DNA of 27,009 nt, from IMG/VR virus record IMGVR_UViG_2537562014_000005; one strand, given 5' to 3'. The position numbers and the translations under genes were made by a program. The stretch comes from a virus. Lineage: Duplodnaviria > Heunggongvirae > Uroviricota > Caudoviricetes. Below the pieces are notes generated by a model. That model did no database searches, was not told the DNA's origin, and was given only the letters and a program-made list of their open reading frames with translations. Positions within the stretch are counted from its first letter, which is position 1. Every line of letters starts with the position of its first letter. Positions 1-11,308 of the stretch are shown here, one piece after another.

Positions 1-1284
1 TTACAGACTTCTGGAAGGTTGCGCAGCTCTTACAACACGCGGTTGATCTTCCGCAGCGTCTTCCAGCGCACTTAAATCACGGTCTTTCACCTCTGGCATT
101 TTCAGCGCAGAGATTAAACCAATCACTGAATATGCCATGATCATAATGGCGATCGGATACCAGGATTCCGTCATGGTGCAGAAAATACCCGCCAGGATAG
201 GACCAAAACCGGAAGCGATAAGACCACCAATTTCTTTAGAAATAGCCATCCGGGTAAAGCGGTTTTTACAGCCGAACATTTCTGCCATGGTAATGTTTTC
301 CAGAGCAAATAATCCCAGCACCGCACAGTTATGAATCACAATCAGTGCAACCATAATGGTGCTCGGGGCATAGCTTTTATCTACAATGATAGAAAGCATT
401 GGCCATGCCAGCACAATCGCGGAGGTATTCATAATAATATACGGGATCCGGCGACCAATTTTATCGGATAACCAACCAAGGAACGGAATGGTCATAAAGC
501 CGAGAATCGAACTGATCATCAATGCATCTGTTGGAATTGCTTTGTTAAACAATAACGTCTGCACTAAATAGCCTGCAAGGAAAGTCTGAATTAACCCGGA
601 GTTACCCGCCTGACCAAAACGCAGCCCTGTTGCCAGCCAGAAGGATTTGCTCTGGAACATGCTACCAGCAGGTGCAGGTTTTGCTGTCGGTTGGTTACTG
701 TCGTTAACCTTCTCAAAGACCGGGCTTTCTTTCAGATTCATACGCAACCAGATAGCAAAGACCATCACGACAACGCTCGCCAGGAACGGTATACGCCATC
801 CCCACGCCAGCAGTTCCTCTTTACTGAGAATGAAGAACATAAAGGCCCAGATTGCCGTTGCGCTCAAGGTTCCGCAGTTAGTTCCCATAGCCACAAATGA
901 GGAGATAATTCCGCGCTTACCTTTTGGCGCATATTCCGCCAGCATCGTACCGGCACCGGAAATTTCCGCACCTGCACCCAACCCCTGAATAATACGCAAC
1001 GTCACCAGCAAGATGGGTGCAAAAACACCAATCTGTGCATAGGTCGGTAACACACCAATTAAGGTGGTACAGATCCCCATCATGGTGATGGTAATAAAGA
1101 GCACTTTTTTACGCCCTATTCTGTCGCCCATTTTGCCGAAAATAAATGCTCCGACAATACGCGCCACATAACCTGCACCGTAGGTTCCCATTGCCAGAAT
1201 TAACGCCATTGCCGTTGATGATTCAGGAAAAAATATTTCATGAAACACTAACGCTGCGCCGAGCGAATATAACTGGAAATCCAT
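1..1284 (-). CDS. ydfJ: MFS-family transporter, apparently 5'-truncated at the prophage junction
   Basis: 427-aa ORF ending at the window edge (stop at 1..3); typical MFS motifs (GRKKVL, multiple TM segments). Compared with my memory of the ShiA-type paralog the N-terminus lacks about 30 residues and there is no Shine-Dalgarno before the ATG at 1284. Confidence 0.8.
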   Translation of the reverse strand: MDFQLYSLGAALVFHEIFFPESSTAMALILAMGTYGAGYVARIVGAFIFGKMGDRIGRKKVLFITITMMGICTTLIGVLPTYAQIGVFAPILLVTLRIIQGLGAGAEISGAGTMLAEYAPKGKRGIISSFVAMGTNCGTLSATAIWAFMFFILSKEELLAWGWRIPFLASVVVMVFAIWLRMNLKESPVFEKVNDSNQPTAKPAPAGSMFQSKSFWLATGLRFGQAGNSGLIQTFLAGYLVQTLLFNKAIPTDALMISSILGFMTIPFLGWLSDKIGRRIPYIIMNTSAIVLAWPMLSIIVDKSYAPSTIMVALIVIHNCAVLGLFALENITMAEMFGCKNRFTRMAISKEIGGLIASGFGPILAGIFCTMTESWYPIAIMIMAYSVIGLISALKMPEVKDRDLSALEDAAEDQPRVVRAAQPSRSL

Positions 1285-1529
1285 AATTCACAGGTGTTTT
1301 TTCCCATCCTGTGGTTTCCTTGGCGTTTTCTAGGTTTTTTCAGATAGTTGCATTTTTTAAAAAGCATCCTAAGTTCGATCTCTGTGTCTATCTGGGGCCT
1401 ATTTCTGTCCCATATATGCCCCAAAAAAACTCCCCAACAGATAAGTAGTTTTTTCATGGATTTATGCGTAAAATCAAGAACGGCTGGAAATCATTCAATA
1501 CTCACACTATCGAAAAATTTACCAGCCAA

Positions 1530-1568
1530 CCGCAGCACCTTCTTGCATAAGGCGTGTCTGCGGTTTTT
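1530..1568 (+). terminator. Candidate rho-independent terminator (stem CCGCAG/CTGCGG followed by TTTTT)
   Basis: Inverted repeat 1530-1563 followed by T5 at 1564-1568 on the + strand; no annotated + strand gene upstream. Confidence 0.3.
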
Positions 1569-2069
1569 CAACTATTCAGATACATCACTCCCATCACATT
1601 CATTCCTCCGCATCAAAGGCATATAGGCTATATCACCTTGATATTTTTCTTTTTCAGATAAAAACTGTTATCTATGTATACTTTTAAACCCAATCCGTGT
1701 AGAGTCTCTGCATAAGATAGTTTGCAGTTGCCGCTTCAGCTTGCGCCATAAACCGCCTGATTTTTGCTGCCACCTGTTAGCATTCCTGTATACCTGAAAC
1801 GACAATGTTTATCTACGAACTTTAAGAACACCCAAGATAAAAATTGTCAACTATATCATATATAACACATTACTAATTCGAGGCTATATGAACAGCATAC
1901 TGATAATCACATCTCTCCTTATCATATTCAGCATTTTTAGTCATGCCCTAATAAAATTAGGGATTGGCATATCCAATAACCCAGACAAAACCGATGTATA
2001 AGTCAACATATCCTGAATCAGACATACAATATCGCAATGAAAATCAATAATATTTTAAGGAATATCTTC

Positions 2070-2303
2070 ATGAAATCAAAAGACACCCTAAAGTGGTTCC
2101 CTGCGCAGCTTCCTGAAGTAAGAATTATCCTAGGGGATGCTGTAGTGGAAGTAGCAAAACAGGGAAGACCTATCAATACCAGAACATTGCTTGATTACAT
2201 TGAAGGAAACATAAAGAAAAAATCATGGCTGGATAACAAAGAATTATTACAAACAGCGATATCAGTTCTTAAAGACAACCAAAATTTAAATGGTAAAATG
2301 TAA
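2070..2303 (+). CDS. ydfK: Qin prophage small protein YdfK (77 aa; recalled as cold-shock induced)
   Basis: ORF 2037..2303 with internal ATG at 2070 preceded by AAGGAA 8 nt upstream; 77-aa length and position next to ydfJ/pinQ match my recollection of ydfK. Confidence 0.7.
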   Translation: MKSKDTLKWFPAQLPEVRIILGDAVVEVAKQGRPINTRTLLDYIEGNIKKKSWLDNKELLQTAISVLKDNQNLNGKM

Positions 2304-2619
2304 TATAATAAACTTACTTTTTTATCATTTTTCCACTTTAACAACATTTTGCTCCTCTTTTCCACGACCAAACAACTTGAAATCTGGTTAAAATAACACG
2401 CAACACTATTCTTCTTCCTTGAGTCCGCCCGGAACTCGAAAAACAAACCGAGTTAAAGCCATTTTTCACAAAATCGATTTTGGGTCTCACCAAAATTACG
2501 GGGTTGCATACGCATTCGTTTATTTTCGAACGTGTACATACAAATATGCACAAAAATAATCATAATTATTTTCTGAGATGCATTATGATATGAACACCAA
2601 TTTCGTATAGAGTCTCACT

Positions 2620-3210
2620 ATGTCTCAAATTTTTGCTTACTGTCGGATATCAACGCTGGATCAGACCACCGAAAATCAACGCCGGGAAATCGAAAGTGCA
2701 GGTTTTAAAATCAAACCTCAGCAAATAATCGAAGAACACATTAGCGGCTCAGCAGCAACCAGTGAGCGTCCTGGTTTTAACCGGTTGCTTGCTCGCCTGA
2801 AATGTGGTGATCAATTGATTGTGACAAAACTGGATCGCCTTGGTTGTAATGCAATGGATATCAGGAAAACAGTGGAACAACTGACCGAAACAGGTATCAG
2901 AGTGCATTGCTTAGCATTGGGGGGCATTGACCTGACCAGTCCAACAGGAAAAATGATGATGCAAGTAATTTCAGCAGTCGCTGAATTTGAACGAGACCTT
3001 TTACTTGAACGCACTCATTCCGGGATAGTAAGAGCCCGCGGCGCAGGGAAACGTTTTGGTCGACCACCTGTGTTAAATGAAGAACAGAAACAGGTGGTAT
3101 TCGAACGAATTAAGTCAGGTGTAAGTATAAGTGCCATTGCCCGGGAATTCAAAACCTCGCGGCAAACCATTTTAAGAGCCAAAGCAAAACTTCAGACACC
3201 TGACATATAA
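2620..3210 (+). CDS. pinQ: Serine recombinase, Pin/Gin/Hin-type DNA invertase
   Basis: 196-aa ORF with N-terminal resolvase catalytic motif (YCRISTLDQ) and C-terminal HTH; position convergent with the tail-fibre assembly gene. Confidence 0.9.
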   Translation: MSQIFAYCRISTLDQTTENQRREIESAGFKIKPQQIIEEHISGSAATSERPGFNRLLARLKCGDQLIVTKLDRLGCNAMDIRKTVEQLTETGIRVHCLALGGIDLTSPTGKMMMQVISAVAEFERDLLLERTHSGIVRARGAGKRFGRPPVLNEEQKQVVFERIKSGVSISAIAREFKTSRQTILRAKAKLQTPDI

Positions 3211-3307
3211 AAAATAATCTCGGTGTGAGATGCTTTACGTCTTCCAAGCCCCCTTCCTTGCCGTAAATGGAAAGATACATCTAATTATAGAATTTATATG
3301 TTTTACC

Positions 3308-3883
3308 CTACGGCAGTGCTGGCCATTCAATATCCTGTGAAGTTGACGTATCAACACGGTTCAGCAATACCCGATACTTTTTCCATGCTTCCAGCAACGA
3401 GATTTCTTCCTCCGTTGCAATTTCCAGATCTGCAGCATCCTGAAGTGGCGCAATATGCTCATTCGCTGCCTGCATCAGGCTGTTTTTTGTTTCTTCCGCC
3501 TCCCGGATCCGGAATAGTTTTTCTGCTTCTGCATCTTTCACCCAGGCTGTGCCGTTCCACTTCTGAAACTCCCCTTCCGGGGATAACCAAGTGGCATTTT
3601 CCGGTAACGGACCGAGTTCAGAAATAAATAACGCGTCGCCGGAAGCCACGTCATAAACCGTTTTACCCCGATGATCTTCAACGAGATGCCACGATGCCTC
3701 ATCACTGTTGAAAACAGCCACGAAGCCTGCCGGAATATCTGGCGGTGCAATATCGGTACTGTTTGCTGGCAGACCTGTATGAGGCGGAATATATGCATCA
3801 CCTTCACCAATAAATTCATTAGTTCCGGCCAGCAGATTATAAATTTTTATGGTCCGTGGTTGTTCACTCATTCTGAATGCCAT
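3308..3883 (-). CDS. tfaQ: Tail fibre assembly protein (Tfa family)
   Basis: 191-aa ORF immediately downstream of, and translationally coupled to, the side tail-fibre ORF; Tfa-like sequence. Confidence 0.85.
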   Translation of the reverse strand: MAFRMSEQPRTIKIYNLLAGTNEFIGEGDAYIPPHTGLPANSTDIAPPDIPAGFVAVFNSDEASWHLVEDHRGKTVYDVASGDALFISELGPLPENATWLSPEGEFQKWNGTAWVKDAEAEKLFRIREAEETKNSLMQAANEHIAPLQDAADLEIATEEEISLLEAWKKYRVLLNRVDTSTSQDIEWPALP

Positions 3884-5424
3884 TATGCAAGCCTCACAAT
3901 ATAGTTAAATGCGATGTTTTTGACGGTGTTTTCCGCGTTACCAGCAGCGTTAACGGTGATGGTGTGTCCATGTGAACCAATCGCAACGGAGTGCGTATGA
4001 GCACCAATACCGACAGTATGCGCGTGTGCACCTGCAGATGCTGCTGTGCCGGACAGTGAGTGGCTATGATTACCATCTGTACTGGTATTAGCTAACCACC
4101 CCGTAGACATACCTACTGAGCCTTGTACACCCCAGGTATTTTGACCTGAGCTTGTATAACCATATTGATAAGTATCTTTAAAAACACTGGGGTTAAATCG
4201 ACGGCCATCTCTATGGCTGTGATTACCAGCTGCATTCGTGCTGCCACTTAAACTATGGGTATGCGCACCAGTGTTATTCGTGGATTTAGTGCCGTAATCA
4301 AACGACGATGTGGTTTTCGTCCCCAAATCCGTACTGGATGCGCTGGCGCTGTGGGTATGCGATTTAATGCCGTCCTGTTCCTGAGACAATACGGCCCGAC
4401 CACTGGCAGGTTTGCCCTTAATCGTCCAGCCACGCATATCAGGGATCACGCCTGACGGATAAGCCGCTGCAAGTTTCGGGTATGCAGATTTGTCAAAAGC
4501 CTGCCCCTGCATCAGGGCATAACCAGACGGAACGGTATCTGATGGCCACGGGATTGGTGCGCCGACTGGGTAGCTTTCTGGTGGAAGATTTTTCGAGGTA
4601 TAAACTTCTGCCCAGTCTTCCTCAAAACCATAGCCATCTCTTGAGGAACGGTAGAACAGACCTCCATTTCTGTAATGTGCCTTCATCTGCAAGGTCCGGC
4701 AACTTCCGACTCCGGTATAGAAGTTAACCAGAATATAGGTGTCGCCAGAGCGGGTGACATTGTAAGCGCCTGATTCGGCATTCCAGGGAACGCCACCATC
4801 CGCATCGGCATATGTATCCGTTGCCCTTCTGGCAAAAGCAGCCACATGCGCGGCGGTTAAAGTAATATCTTTGGAACCATCAAACTCAACACCAGAAACC
4901 CGTCTTGGCGTTTGCAGCTTTGTTGCTGTTAATGCATTACCGTTCAGACTTGCGGACAGTTTGGTTCCAATAACCAGTTCGCCGGTTGCGTTATCAATAG
5001 AAAACGGTCTTAATGTATTCCAGCCACCATAAACATCACCTTGATTGGTAAGCAGCAGGTGAGTTTTAGCGCCATCATTACGCCATAATGCACCATACTC
5101 CCCACCTATCATTCGAATCTGATTACCACCACGCGCTACAATTTCGTCTGTGGCAAAAAGTTTTTTGCACGACAAGTTATCGTTAACGATTAACGAATTA
5201 GACTCATAAAAACCACGCCCACTCTTAAAATCAAGGATAACGTCCGCCGCGATACATTCAGTCGCCGGATTTGTTGCCCCAAACTTATAGGTCGTATCAT
5301 TAACAACGAGATCAGCACCAGGTGCGGATATTGACAGGCCATCTTCGATAAACGCAAAAACAGGGAAAGCTGCGCCATCAACATAGAACACAGAGCGCAA
5401 ATCATCGCCCTTATTACTCATCAT
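3883..5424 (-). CDS. stfQ: Side tail fibre protein with Gly/Ser/Thr-rich repeats and C-terminal HxH histidine-box repeats
   Basis: 513-aa ORF; repeated HTHS/HSHS/HAHT/HGHT motifs near the C-terminus, typical of distal tail-fibre tips; ATG at 5424 overlaps the stop of the upstream reading frame (TAATG). Confidence 0.75.
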   Translation of the reverse strand: MMSNKGDDLRSVFYVDGAAFPVFAFIEDGLSISAPGADLVVNDTTYKFGATNPATECIAADVILDFKSGRGFYESNSLIVNDNLSCKKLFATDEIVARGGNQIRMIGGEYGALWRNDGAKTHLLLTNQGDVYGGWNTLRPFSIDNATGELVIGTKLSASLNGNALTATKLQTPRRVSGVEFDGSKDITLTAAHVAAFARRATDTYADADGGVPWNAESGAYNVTRSGDTYILVNFYTGVGSCRTLQMKAHYRNGGLFYRSSRDGYGFEEDWAEVYTSKNLPPESYPVGAPIPWPSDTVPSGYALMQGQAFDKSAYPKLAAAYPSGVIPDMRGWTIKGKPASGRAVLSQEQDGIKSHTHSASASSTDLGTKTTSSFDYGTKSTNNTGAHTHSLSGSTNAAGNHSHRDGRRFNPSVFKDTYQYGYTSSGQNTWGVQGSVGMSTGWLANTSTDGNHSHSLSGTAASAGAHAHTVGIGAHTHSVAIGSHGHTITVNAAGNAENTVKNIAFNYIVRLA

Positions 5425-5460
5425 TATTGAGTGGATGGCTCGTTCATTGTTTTGATATTG

Positions 5461-6351
5461 TCAGAACATTCCATAAGCATAACGCCCCCTGTCAGTCCAG
5501 CCGCCAGGCATAACAAATCCGTTATGTTCGCAGAGATAAAACACGCTGGAGGGATCATCCGGCGTCCATTTGAGGCCAAACGGCGTCTCTTTATCGCCAA
5601 ATTTAAGGTACTGCTCCTCCCCGCAGTGCGGGCAGGCAACATGAAAACGCATAAAATGCGGGGATTCACTGGCTGCACGCTCAATCTGACAGGTGCCTCT
5701 CACTTTGGGCGTGGAGCCACGGATGGACTTTGGCCAGACCGAGCCTTCAATACGCTTGTCACCCAGGAACGTCGGAGAGCCTTCCTGTTCAATATCATCA
5801 TCAAAAGCAGCAAGTTCATCATAACCCGCCACATCCACCGACTTTTCACGGTAGTTTTTTGCCGCTTTACCGCCCAGGCACCAGAAGTCACGCCCATTAG
5901 TGAAACGCTTCATGGTGAGCGTGTTATCCCGGTGCTTTTTGCCATACCACGGGGCCAGCGCCAGCAGCGACGGAATATCACGAATAGTCGGCTCAACGTG
6001 GGTTTTCATAAAGTTCTCGGCATCACCATCCGTCGGCAACCAGATAAGGGTGTTGCGCTGCTTATGCTCTATGAAGTAGGCATAAACACCCAGCAGCATT
6101 TTGGAATAACCGACACGGGCAGACTTCACCACATTCACCTCACGGATGTAGTCGCTGCCCATCGCATTCATGATGGCCCGCTGAAAGGGCAGTGTTTCCC
6201 AGCGCCCTTCCTGGTATGCGAATTCTTTCGGGAGATAGTAATTAGCATCCGCCCATTCAACGGCGGTCTGTGGCTCCGGCCTGAACAGTGAGCGAAGCCC
6301 GGCGCAGACAAAATGCCGCAGCCTGTTAACCTGACTGTTCGATATATTCAC
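5461..6351 (-). pseudogene. Terminase large subunit (lambda gpA-like) N-terminal fragment fused to unrelated sequence
   Basis: ORF matches my recollection of lambda gpA from residue 1 to about 277 (MNISNSQVNRLRHF...FYLCEHN), then diverges into 19 unrelated residues and a stop; overlaps the Nu1-like gene by 26 nt as in lambda. Confidence 0.85.
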
Positions 6352-6871
6352 TCAGCAACCCCGGTATCAGTTCATCCAGCGCGGCTGCTTTGTTCATGGC
6401 TTTGATGATATCCCGTTTCAGGAAATCAACATGTCGGTTTTCCAGTTCCGGAAAACGCCGCTGCACCGACAGGGGGATCCCGTCGAGAATACTGGCAATT
6501 TCACCTGCGATCCGCGACAGCACGAAAGTACAGAATGCGGTTTCCACCACTTCAGCGGAGTCTCTGGCATTTTTCAGCTCCTGTGCGTCGGCCTGCGCAC
6601 GCGTAAGTCGATGGCGTTCGTACTCAATAGTCCCTGGCTGGAGATCTGTCTCGCTGGCCTGCCGCAGTTCTTCAACTTCCCGGCGCAGCTTTTCGTTCTC
6701 AATTTCAGCATCCCTTTCGGCATACCATCTTATAACGGCGGCAGAGTCATAAAGCACCTCATTACCCTTGCCACCGCCTCGCAGAACGGGCATTCCCTGT
6801 TCCTGCCAGTTCTGAATGGTACGGATACTCGCGCCGAAAATGTCAGCCAGCTGCTTTTTGTTGACTTCCAT
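6326..6871 (-). CDS. nohQ: Terminase small subunit, lambda Nu1-like
   Basis: 181-aa ORF matching my recollection of lambda Nu1 over nearly its full length (MEVNKKQLADIFGASIRTIQNWQEQGMPVL...). Confidence 0.85.
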   Translation of the reverse strand: MEVNKKQLADIFGASIRTIQNWQEQGMPVLRGGGKGNEVLYDSAAVIRWYAERDAEIENEKLRREVEELRQASETDLQPGTIEYERHRLTRAQADAQELKNARDSAEVVETAFCTFVLSRIAGEIASILDGIPLSVQRRFPELENRHVDFLKRDIIKAMNKAAALDELIPGLLSEYIEQSG

Positions 6872-6949
6872 TGTTCATTCCACGGCCAAAAACAGAGAAA
6901 GGAAACGACAGAGGCCCAAAAGCTCGTTTTCAGCACCTGTCGTTTCCTT

Positions 6950-7120
6950 TCTTTTCAGGGGGTATTTTAAATAAAAACATTAAGTTACGACGAAGAAGAA
7001 CGGAAATGCCTTAAACCGGAAAATTTTCATAAATAGCGAAAACCCGCGAGGTCGCCGCCCCGTAACCTGTCGGATCGCCGGAAAGGACCCGCAAAATGAT
7101 AATAATTATCATCTGCATGT
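6950..7120 (-). other. Lambda-type cos site (cosQ-cosN-cosB); cosN 12-mer at 7049..7060
   Basis: Reverse complement of 7049..7060 is GGGCGGCGACCT, the lambda cohesive end; flanking sequence matches remembered lambda left-end and right-end sequence. Confidence 0.8.
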
Positions 7121-7259
7121 CACAACGTGCATCTACGCAATCAAACCACGTCAAATAATCAATTATGACGCAGATATCGTATTAATTGATCTGCATCAAC
7201 TTAACGTAAAAACAACTTCAGACAATACAAATCAGCGACACTGAATACGGGACAACCTC

Positions 7260-7493
7260 ATGTCAACGAAGAACAGAACCCGCAGAACAACAACCCGCAA
7301 CATCCGCTTTCCTAACCAAATGATTGAACAAATTAACATCGCTCTTGAGCAAAAAGGGTCCGGGAATTTCTCAGCCTGGGTCATTGAAGCCTGCCGCCGG
7401 AGACTGTGCTCAGAAAAAAGAGTTTCTTCTGAAGCAAACAAAGAAAAGAGTGACATTACTGAATTGCTCAGAAAACAGGTCAGACCAGATTGA
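7260..7493 (+). CDS. ynfO: Small basic protein, possible ribbon-helix-helix DNA-binding fold
   Basis: 77-aa ORF next to cos; length and position match my recollection of ynfO; the RHH suggestion is an inference from the sequence pattern (RNIRFPNQMIEQINIALEQ). Confidence 0.55.
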   Translation: MSTKNRTRRTTTRNIRFPNQMIEQINIALEQKGSGNFSAWVIEACRRRLCSEKRVSSEANKEKSDITELLRKQVRPD

Positions 7494-7550
7494 AGCAATT
7501 TAGATAATCGTGCAGACTACGCCCCCTCATATCACATGGAAGGTTTATCT

Positions 7551-7961
7551 ATGGATCAGGTAGTCATTTTTAAACAAATATTTGATAAAGTTCGAAACGA
7601 TTTAAACTATCAATGGTTTTATTCTGAGCTAAAACGTCACAATGTCTCACATTACATTTACTATTTAGCCACAGAGAATGTTCATATTGTATTAAAAAAT
7701 GATAATACAGTGTTATTAAAGGGCCTAAAAAACATTGTGTCTGTCAAATTTTCAAAGGATAGGCATCTTATAGAAACGACCTCTAATAAGCTGAAATCCA
7801 GAGAGATCACATTTCAGGAATACAGAAGAAACCTTGCTAAAGCAGGAGTTTTTCGGTGGGTTACAAATATCCACGAACAAAAAAGATATTACTATACCTT
7901 TGATAATTCATTACTATTTACTGAAAGCATCCAGAAAACTACACAGATCTTACCACGCTAA
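7551..7961 (+). CDS. ydfO: DUF1398-family prophage protein
   Basis: ORF 7536..7961 with internal ATG at 7551 giving 136 aa, the length I recall for YdfO; position between cos and gnsB. Confidence 0.65.
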
Positions 7962-8112
7962 ACCATAACGTCCGGCTTCTCTCACTCCTGAGCCGGACTG
8001 CATTGGTTTAATAAAAACCATCAACAATTGTGATTTAGATATTCGGAACCATTCAAATATAACAAAACCCCGTAAAAACGAGGTTTATGGATAAATTTTA
8101 TTATTGAATACA

Positions 8113-8286
8113 TCAGATTAAATTAATCTTGACATCATAGCTTTCAAGACCCGTCATTTTTTCCCGTGCGGTAAACTGAATACTGGTAACTTCTTTCCCG
8201 GTCTTTTTCTTAAGTTCAATAATTTTTTTTGTTATATATTTAGAAATATCTGCTTCTGCTTTTGTTTTTAAGTTTTCAATATTCAT
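8113..8286 (-). CDS. gnsB: GnsA/GnsB-family small protein (57 aa)
   Basis: Hand-translated reverse strand gives MNIENLKTKAEADISKYITKKIIELKKKTGKEVTSIQFTAREKMTGLESYDVKINLI; below the length cutoff of the ORF track; closely resembles the GnsA family. Confidence 0.8.
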   Translation of the reverse strand: MNIENLKTKAEADISKYITKKIIELKKKTGKEVTSIQFTAREKMTGLESYDVKINLI

Positions 8287-8457
8287 CATTTCCTCTTTTA
8301 GTCTGTTATGACTTTCCAGTTACACAGTAAGTCGATTATATGGTGCAAACGTGTAAAAGATAAGATGAAACATCGCAATAATCAACATACGATAGTCTAA
8401 ATTTTACACAAACAGACAAAGAGAATTTTCCTGAATTATCAATGCAATAGCATCAAA

Positions 8458-8688
8458 TCAACTCAAGAGCCTTATTGCTGCTTCCAGAATTTCTTCTGAA
8501 GTAACATGTCGATCCGCGGCTACATAAATGACTTTATGATCTCCGGTCAGAGATGGAAACCCTGCGGCCATTACAGTAAGGTGTGTTTTTTCGCCATTTG
8601 GATATTCACGCATGATGGTGTTAACTCCAGTCATCGCTGGCACTACCACTGCTGGTTCAGAGTTAAAAAAAACTATGATTTTTTTCAT
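8458..8688 (-). CDS. Hypothetical small protein at the position of ynfN in K-12 Qin
   Basis: ORF 8458..8730; the start at 8688 (MKKIIVFF...) is preferred because a rho-independent terminator occupies 8733..8752; identity with ynfN is by synteny only. Confidence 0.5.
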   Translation of the reverse strand: MKKIIVFFNSEPAVVVPAMTGVNTIMREYPNGEKTHLTVMAAGFPSLTGDHKVIYVAADRHVTSEEILEAAIRLLS

Positions 8689-8732
8689 GATGTTACCGTA
8701 GTATGTGAGTATCCATCGAATAGACACCAAGC

Positions 8733-8752
8733 AAAAAAGCTCCCGAAGGAGC
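8733..8752 (-). terminator. Rho-independent terminator downstream of cspI
   Basis: Hairpin GCTCC-CGAA-GGAGC followed on the minus strand by T6. Confidence 0.5.
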
Positions 8753-8959
8753 CTTCATTTTCACTTTTTTAAATCCAACGACAGACGGCTGGCATTTAAG
8801 TATTGTGAAATATTATCAAATGTAATCATCATTGATTTACAAAAGATACATTTTGCCCCGAAAGGATTCATGTCAGAAACATCAAAAGATGATGTTCTAT
8901 ACTGGGAACCATGACAACACGGGCATCTAAAGTGAATATGGTTTGTAATATTGTCTACC

Positions 8960-9172
8960 TCAAAGCGCCACTACATGAACAGCGGCAGGACCTTTAGGTC
9001 CGTTCTCAATACCAAATTCAACTTCCTGATTCTCAGTTAATGTTTTGAAATCGTTGCTCTGAATTGCTGAGAAATGGACAAACACATCTTTGCTGCCATC
9101 TTTCGGCGTGATGAAACCAAAACCTTTTTCAGGGTTAAACCATTTCACTAAACCAGTCATTTTGTTAGACAT
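8960..9172 (-). CDS. cspI: Cold shock protein CspI (CspA family, 70 aa)
   Basis: Cold-shock domain with RNP motifs (KGFGFI, VFVHF). Confidence 0.9.
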   Translation of the reverse strand: MSNKMTGLVKWFNPEKGFGFITPKDGSKDVFVHFSAIQSNDFKTLTENQEVEFGIENGPKGPAAVHVVAL

Positions 9173-9533
9173 AATTATTACCTTTTGAAGAAATTAGCCC
9201 TTGGGCAGAATGGTCCGAAAAAAATATCAGAGAGAAAAACCAACAAGGAAATCTCAAGAGGTACAAATAATAAAATTATAACAATGACTGCTTCAGATAA
9301 ATTTGTAACAAACCAGAACACCATTAACGCATGATTAACCACCCATAGCAAGGATTACTTTTGTAAAGAAAAACACAGCAATGAAAGAATAGCTTTATTT
9401 ATTAATAAAACGTGTCATTCTGATTAAGACCTTTTATCTTACCCTTAAGATTTCAGGAATTTTGGCTCATGGAAGAGTCCTTTTTATTTAAATTTTACAT
9501 TCCGCGATGTAAATGTTCCGATTTAATATTACC

Positions 9534-10557
<1,024 letters not shown>

Positions 10558-10561
<4 letters not shown>

Positions 10562-10869
10562 ATATATTTATGATGAGGACGCTCGTGCTTATTGGCAGGA
10601 TTTTCAATCTTAAAGGAGTACTGATGCTGCAGATAAGACTCAACTTTTTCTGACAATTTTTCTGCTACTTCCAGGAAGACTTGCCGGACGCTCCTTCTGG
10701 CTGCTGCCTCATAAAACTCCAGCGCAGCTCCTTCAACACGGTCCATGGCGACATCCAGGTCAAAAATTTCACCGTCAAAGCGTTCCTTGTCCTGTAAGGC
10801 TACAGTTACCGTAACTTTATTCTCAAAATTACGGACTCCTTTCACAACCAGTTCATAGTCTTGAGTCAT
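10558..10869 (-). CDS. ydfR: Hypothetical prophage protein between holin and endolysin
   Basis: 103-aa ORF; length and position match my recollection of ydfR. Confidence 0.65.
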
Positions 10870-10873
10870 TGGA

Positions 10874-11089
10874 TTACTCTCCTCTCGCAGCCTTACGCCT
10901 GTCTTCTTTAATCTTGAAATAAAGATTTGTCAGATACGTCAGCAGGCCAAAAACCAGGCTACCCAGCACACCGATTGCAGCCCACTGTGACGGAGTTACT
11001 TTATCGAGTAACTGCAATGCCCAGAAACCAGCATTACCCGCCGATGTGCCATAGGCAACACCTGTTGTTAACTTATCCATTGATTTCAT
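10874..11089 (-). CDS. essQ: Phage 21-type class II holin/antiholin (71 aa) with dual-start motif MKSM
   Basis: Sequence [28 protein letters not shown]... resembles the phage 21 S holin as I recall it; two in-frame ATGs at codons 1 and 4. Confidence 0.85.
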   Translation of the reverse strand: MKSMDKLTTGVAYGTSAGNAGFWALQLLDKVTPSQWAAIGVLGSLVFGLLTYLTNLYFKIKEDRRKAARGE

Positions 11090-11308
11090 ATCCTCACCCC
11101 GATGTACACGGATGGTGCAATATGTTTGAAAAGATCGGAGTCTACGGGGTAGTTTTGACAGCACACGTTGTTCTCAACGGCGCTAAAAAAACATACACAT
11201 TAAAAATGTGGGTAATTATTTTGAAAGAAAGTCATATATAAAATAATAATACGAGAAATGTTTTCATATTTAGTGTACTGTATACGGCCATTTATACAGG
11301 AAAAGCCT

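Noticed and set aside
137-988. Several plus-strand ORFs (65-113 aa) inside ydfJ
   Set aside because: Antisense to the MFS transporter gene; typical shadow ORFs.
1348-1626. 92-aa plus-strand ORF in the ydfJ-ydfK spacer
   Set aside because: Low-complexity Ser/Leu-rich product with no ribosome-binding site; the region is better explained as non-coding.
2303-3310. gix/pix-type 26-bp inversion sites flanking pinQ
   Set aside because: Only partial half-site-like matches were found by eye (e.g. AAACCGAG near 2448); no two-fold symmetric full site could be supported without a computational scan.
5431-6291. 286-aa plus-strand ORF
   Set aside because: Lies wholly antisense to the well-supported terminase gpA fragment and has low-complexity composition; treated as a shadow ORF.
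7969-8000. Terminator after ydfO
   Set aside because: An inverted repeat exists (GTCCGGCT...AGCCGGAC) but has a 13-nt loop and no clear T-run; too weak to call.
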